A DNA stretch of 64,000 nt from a candidate division FCPU426 bacterium. Lineage in GTDB: Bacteria > Oederibacteriota > Muellerivitia > Muellerivitales > Muellerivitaceae. Numbering within the stretch: position 1 is the stretch's first letter; every line of letters begins with the position of its first letter. The stretch is from contig CAVYSE010000017.1 in assembly GCA_963771075.1 (NCBI GenBank), forward strand, positions 64,001 through 128,000, read 5' to 3'. Below are positions 61,184 through 64,000 of this stretch, piece after piece. The notes under the pieces were generated by a model, which searched no databases, had not been told where the DNA came from, and saw only the letters and a program-made list of their open reading frames with translations. A program made the position numbers and the translations under genes.

Positions 61184-61945
61184 TCAGGCCGGGGGCAACC
61201 GGTAAACCCAAACGTTATAGCTTCCCGCGACGACCAAATAACCCTCCGGCGTCACGCAAAGATATTTCGCGTCCAAATAAGTCCGGTTCACGTCCGGTTT
61301 CTCGACCGTCAGGTCTCCCAGAAATTGGCCAGTGGCCCCCGAAAAGACCTGGATGAAATTATAGTTCCCATACCCCACATAAACGCGATCCTGCTTGTCC
61401 AAGGCGATGGTCCAGGGTTTTTCCTTGAGTTGGAGGCGGTACATAAACACGCCCTTGGAATCGATGACCTTGAGCCTCAAGTAATCGGACTCCACCTGGT
61501 AAGTACGCCCATTCACGGGCTCCGTTATGGAGTTTTCTGGATTGAAGGTGCCGAACTTATCGATCATTTCGGAATTCAGGAACTGCCCCTTTTGATCGAA
61601 TAGAAAAACGGTTTTCCCATCGGCGCTCAACACGGCAATCTTGCCCTCCCCGGGACAACAAATCCCCCGTATGGTGAGCGGCCCGGATTTTTGACCCGTT
61701 CCGTCGAAATGGCACATGAGATAAACCATGATCTTCGGGTGGGGCCAGCAACTAACCCCTCCCTGGTTAAAACGGTCCCAACCAAAACTGCAAGCCAATA
61801 AAAGGGGGATGCCGATCACCCAGGGCATCAGTCGGCTCCACAAAGACAAGGAAGCAGGAGGGGATAGGTTTTCCACGGGAAGGATTGGGGATTCCGGTAC
61901 GGTGGAAGCGGCGTTGGTTTTAGAGGTGTTTTTTTGTTTATTCAT
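61184..61945 (-). CDS. Short membrane-anchored NHL-repeat protein
   Basis: One TM; IALDKQDRVYV, FIQVFS.ATGQFLGDL closely match 56985-58031. Confidence 0.78.
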   Translation of the reverse strand: MNKQKNTSKTNAASTVPESPILPVENLSPPASLSLWSRLMPWVIGIPLLLACSFGWDRFNQGGVSCWPHPKIMVYLMCHFDGTGQKSGPLTIRGICCPGEGKIAVLSADGKTVFLFDQKGQFLNSEMIDKFGTFNPENSITEPVNGRTYQVESDYLRLKVIDSKGVFMYRLQLKEKPWTIALDKQDRVYVGYGNYNFIQVFSGATGQFLGDLTVEKPDVNRTYLDAKYLCVTPEGYLVVAGSYNVWVYRLPPA

Positions 61946-62215
61946 TCTTTTTTAATCAGGACGGCCGAATAGGAGAAAAAGCCAAGTTATTATCCTTAAT
62001 CCTTAAAAAGATTGCCAGCTTGAAATGGCCGAGCGGCCTTGGTTCATTACAAGGAGGAATTGCCGGACCTGCGCTTTACACTGTCCGCTTCAACGCTTTA
62101 CAATGTGACTACCGATAGGCTTTCGCGATCCTGATTAAGACGCGGATTCTTTTTCAACTTTATCAAAATTGAGAGGGCAGACTCTCTCGAATCGAACACT
62201 TCGCCCCGGGATCCT

Positions 62216-64000
62216 ATGCCGCGTCCATTAAAAAAATATCAACCCGACTCGAACCGAAGTTCAACCACTGGACAACCGGCGGGAGAAAATCTGAACCAGG
62301 CCCCGTCCCCCCACCCCAAATCCCCCTGGGATATTCCGATTTACGTCCTGATGGGCTTGTCCTTCCTCTTGTTGTTCCTCCGAAAGACCGGGTGGGGAGA
62401 AGATCTCTTGGCCCTTTCCATCCTTTTATTCTTTACGAAAAACAGCTTGGTTCGATGGCTGGCCAAGCCCTTGCGCTGGCTCTTCTTCCTCACCCCCTTC
62501 AAGCTCTTTATCTTGCTTCTGTTATGCTGGACGGGGTTTTCGCTAGTTTTGTTGACCTTCCCCTCCCACCGCTGGATGATCCCCCAGGCCACCGCCCTCC
62601 CCTTTCAATACTCACTGGAGGCGATGTTCGCCTGTTGGGCGGGAATCGTTGTGATCATGAAGCTCTTCCCCTCCAGTTCCACAGTCCCCAAGGATCTTTC
62701 TCCCTGGACAGCCGGGTTCTGGCTCCTTCTCATCCTGGGCGTGGATGCCTATTTGATCTTCTACAACGTGGACAAGCCCATTGGGGCGGCCTCGGAGGAC
62801 ACCGTGGTTTTTTCGGCCTTTGCCCGGCTGGTGTTCGACCTGAAAGATTACCGTTTCTTTTTCAACGGCGGCGCAGGCAACAGCTGGCAGCCTTTCTACC
62901 AATGGCTAATGAATTTGCTTTGGTACGTGAACCCGGATACCCCGGGAGTCCTCCTGGAAAGGATCACTTCCGCGTGCGTGAACCTTGCCATCGTGATCTT
63001 TCTATACCTGGCCGGCAAGGAAGCCGCCGGAAGACGGGTCGGGGTCTTCGCGGCAGGACTCGCCACGATCTGCCTGCCCCTTCTGACCAAAACCCTCGCC
63101 TGCCAGCACGGCAACACCCACACCCTCTTTGTCGCCCTGTCCCTTTGGCTATTCTTCCGGACTCTCCGCTCCCCCAAACTCATTAATTTTTTGCTTTGGG
63201 GAACGTCGGTGGCCCTGGGTATATACGCCTATATCATGTTCAGGCCCCTAGTCCCGCTCTTTGTTTTCAGCTCCCTTCTCTGGATCTATTTGAAACGAAA
63301 GGAAGAACGCGTCATTGATAAATCCGTCCACTTGGCTGTTTTCCTGACCCTCTTGATCTTCTTCTTTTACATCTTCTTTACCAACCACCTTTACGCGACC
63401 GACAACGACCTGGCCCGCATGGTCAACGTCTTCGGGCCATGGCTGCCCTGCATGGTTGTGGGTCTCTTTGTGGGGATCGTCCTTGCCTCCGCCCCACGCC
63501 TGATGTCCGTCGCCGACCGGTATCCGGGTCTGCTGGGTTGGGTGGCCGGTACCTGGATCTGCATGATCATTTCCTTCCCTCAGATGGCGAATCCCCACGA
63601 GCTATGGAACATGGTCTCGGCGGGAGCCTCCGGCAGGCCCATGACCTTCAAATCCGTCCAGGTTTACACCTACTTCTTTGATGTTCATTCCTGCGATTGG
63701 ATCAACCTGCATTTCCCCAACGATTCCTTTTTCGGTTTCACCGAATTGATATTCGGTGCGCTCGGTCTGGCCCTTGCGCTGGTTCGGCCCAACCTGAACC
63801 GGGTTTACCTCCTCCTGGCATTTCTATCGACTTTCGGGGTCTGGCTTTTGTCCGAATCCACCCACTCGGAGCGAATGATGGTTTGCGTTCCCCCCTTCCT
63901 GTTGCTTGGCGCCATGGGTGCGGGGCAGGTTTGGGACTGGATCACCCTGGCCACCCGAAGCGTCTTGGCCCGGGTCATCGCCGCAGTTTTCCTGGTGGGC
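62216..64000 (+). CDS. ArnT/PMT-like glycosyltransferase, paralog of 58301-61126; truncated by window end (absent from ORF track)
   Basis: Manual translation of several segments in the frame of ATG 62216: LYLAGKEAAGRRVGVFAAGL, DSFFGFTE, THSERMMVCVPPFLLLGAMG. These match the 58301 protein, and I saw no stop in the segments read. Confidence 0.82.
   Translation, partial: MPRPLKKYQPDSNRSSTTGQPAGENLNQAPSPHPKSPWDIPIYVLMGLSFLLLFLRKTGWGEDLLALSILLFFTKNSLVRWLAKPLRWLFFLTPFKLFILLLLCWTGFSLVLLTFPSHRWMIPQATALPFQYSLEAMFACWAGIVVIMKLFPSSSTVPKDLSPWTAGFWLLLILGVDAYLIFYNVDKPIGAASEDTVVFSAFARLVFDLKDYRFFFNGGAGNSWQPFYQWLMNLLWYVNPDTPGVLLERITSACVNLAIVIFLYLAGKEAAGRRVGVFAAGLATICLPLLTKTLACQHGNTHTLFVALSLWLFFRTLRSPKLINFLLWGTSVALGIYAYIMFRPLVPLFVFSSLLWIYLKRKEERVIDKSVHLAVFLTLLIFFFYIFFTNHLYATDNDLARMVNVFGPWLPCMVVGLFVGIVLASAPRLMSVADRYPGLLGWVAGTWICMIISFPQMANPHELWNMVSAGASGRPMTFKSVQVYTYFFDVHSCDWINLHFPNDSFFGFTELIFGALGLALALVRPNLNRVYLLLAFLSTFGVWLLSESTHSERMMVCVPPFLLLGAMGAGQVWDWITLATRSVLARVIAAVFLVG

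Noticed and set aside
62392..63681. ORFs 62392-63186 and 63439-63681 as separate genes or frameshift fragments
   Set aside because: The real gene is in another frame from 62216 and runs off the window end.

Overview
About 52 protein-coding genes from a Gram-negative bacterium (msbA and ADP-heptose genes; system II cytochrome c maturation). I recognised no rRNA, tRNA, CRISPR array or transposase. Block 1 (1-11.5 kb) is a redox and sensing module. It holds a stand-alone AioX/PhnD-like oxyanion-binding protein, a HAMP histidine kinase and a NarL-type regulator, plus an operon of monoheme cytochrome c, tetraheme cytochrome c, Tat-exported 4x[4Fe-4S] NrfC-like protein and NrfD-like protein with no catalytic subunit. 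A split ccsA/ccsB pair follows. A 57-bp regulatory-looking element occurs at both 1-57 and 7527-7583. Block 2 (11.5-64 kb) is a cell-envelope glycosylation region. It has ADP-heptose/LPS genes, eight predicted GT-C-fold (ArnT/PMT/YfhO-like) membrane glycosyltransferases (three with visible PA14-like domains), and three membrane-anchored NHL beta-propellers. It also has two polyprenyl-phosphate sugar synthases (one fused to an epimerase), a GtrA-like/methyltransferase fusion, a split transketolase, further methyltransferases, metK/ahcY and a sugar ABC transporter. The best candidate for an undescribed system is the GT-C/PA14/NHL extracytoplasmic glycosylation machinery with its unusual-sugar donor pathway. 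All family calls come from motif recognition by eye, not database searches.
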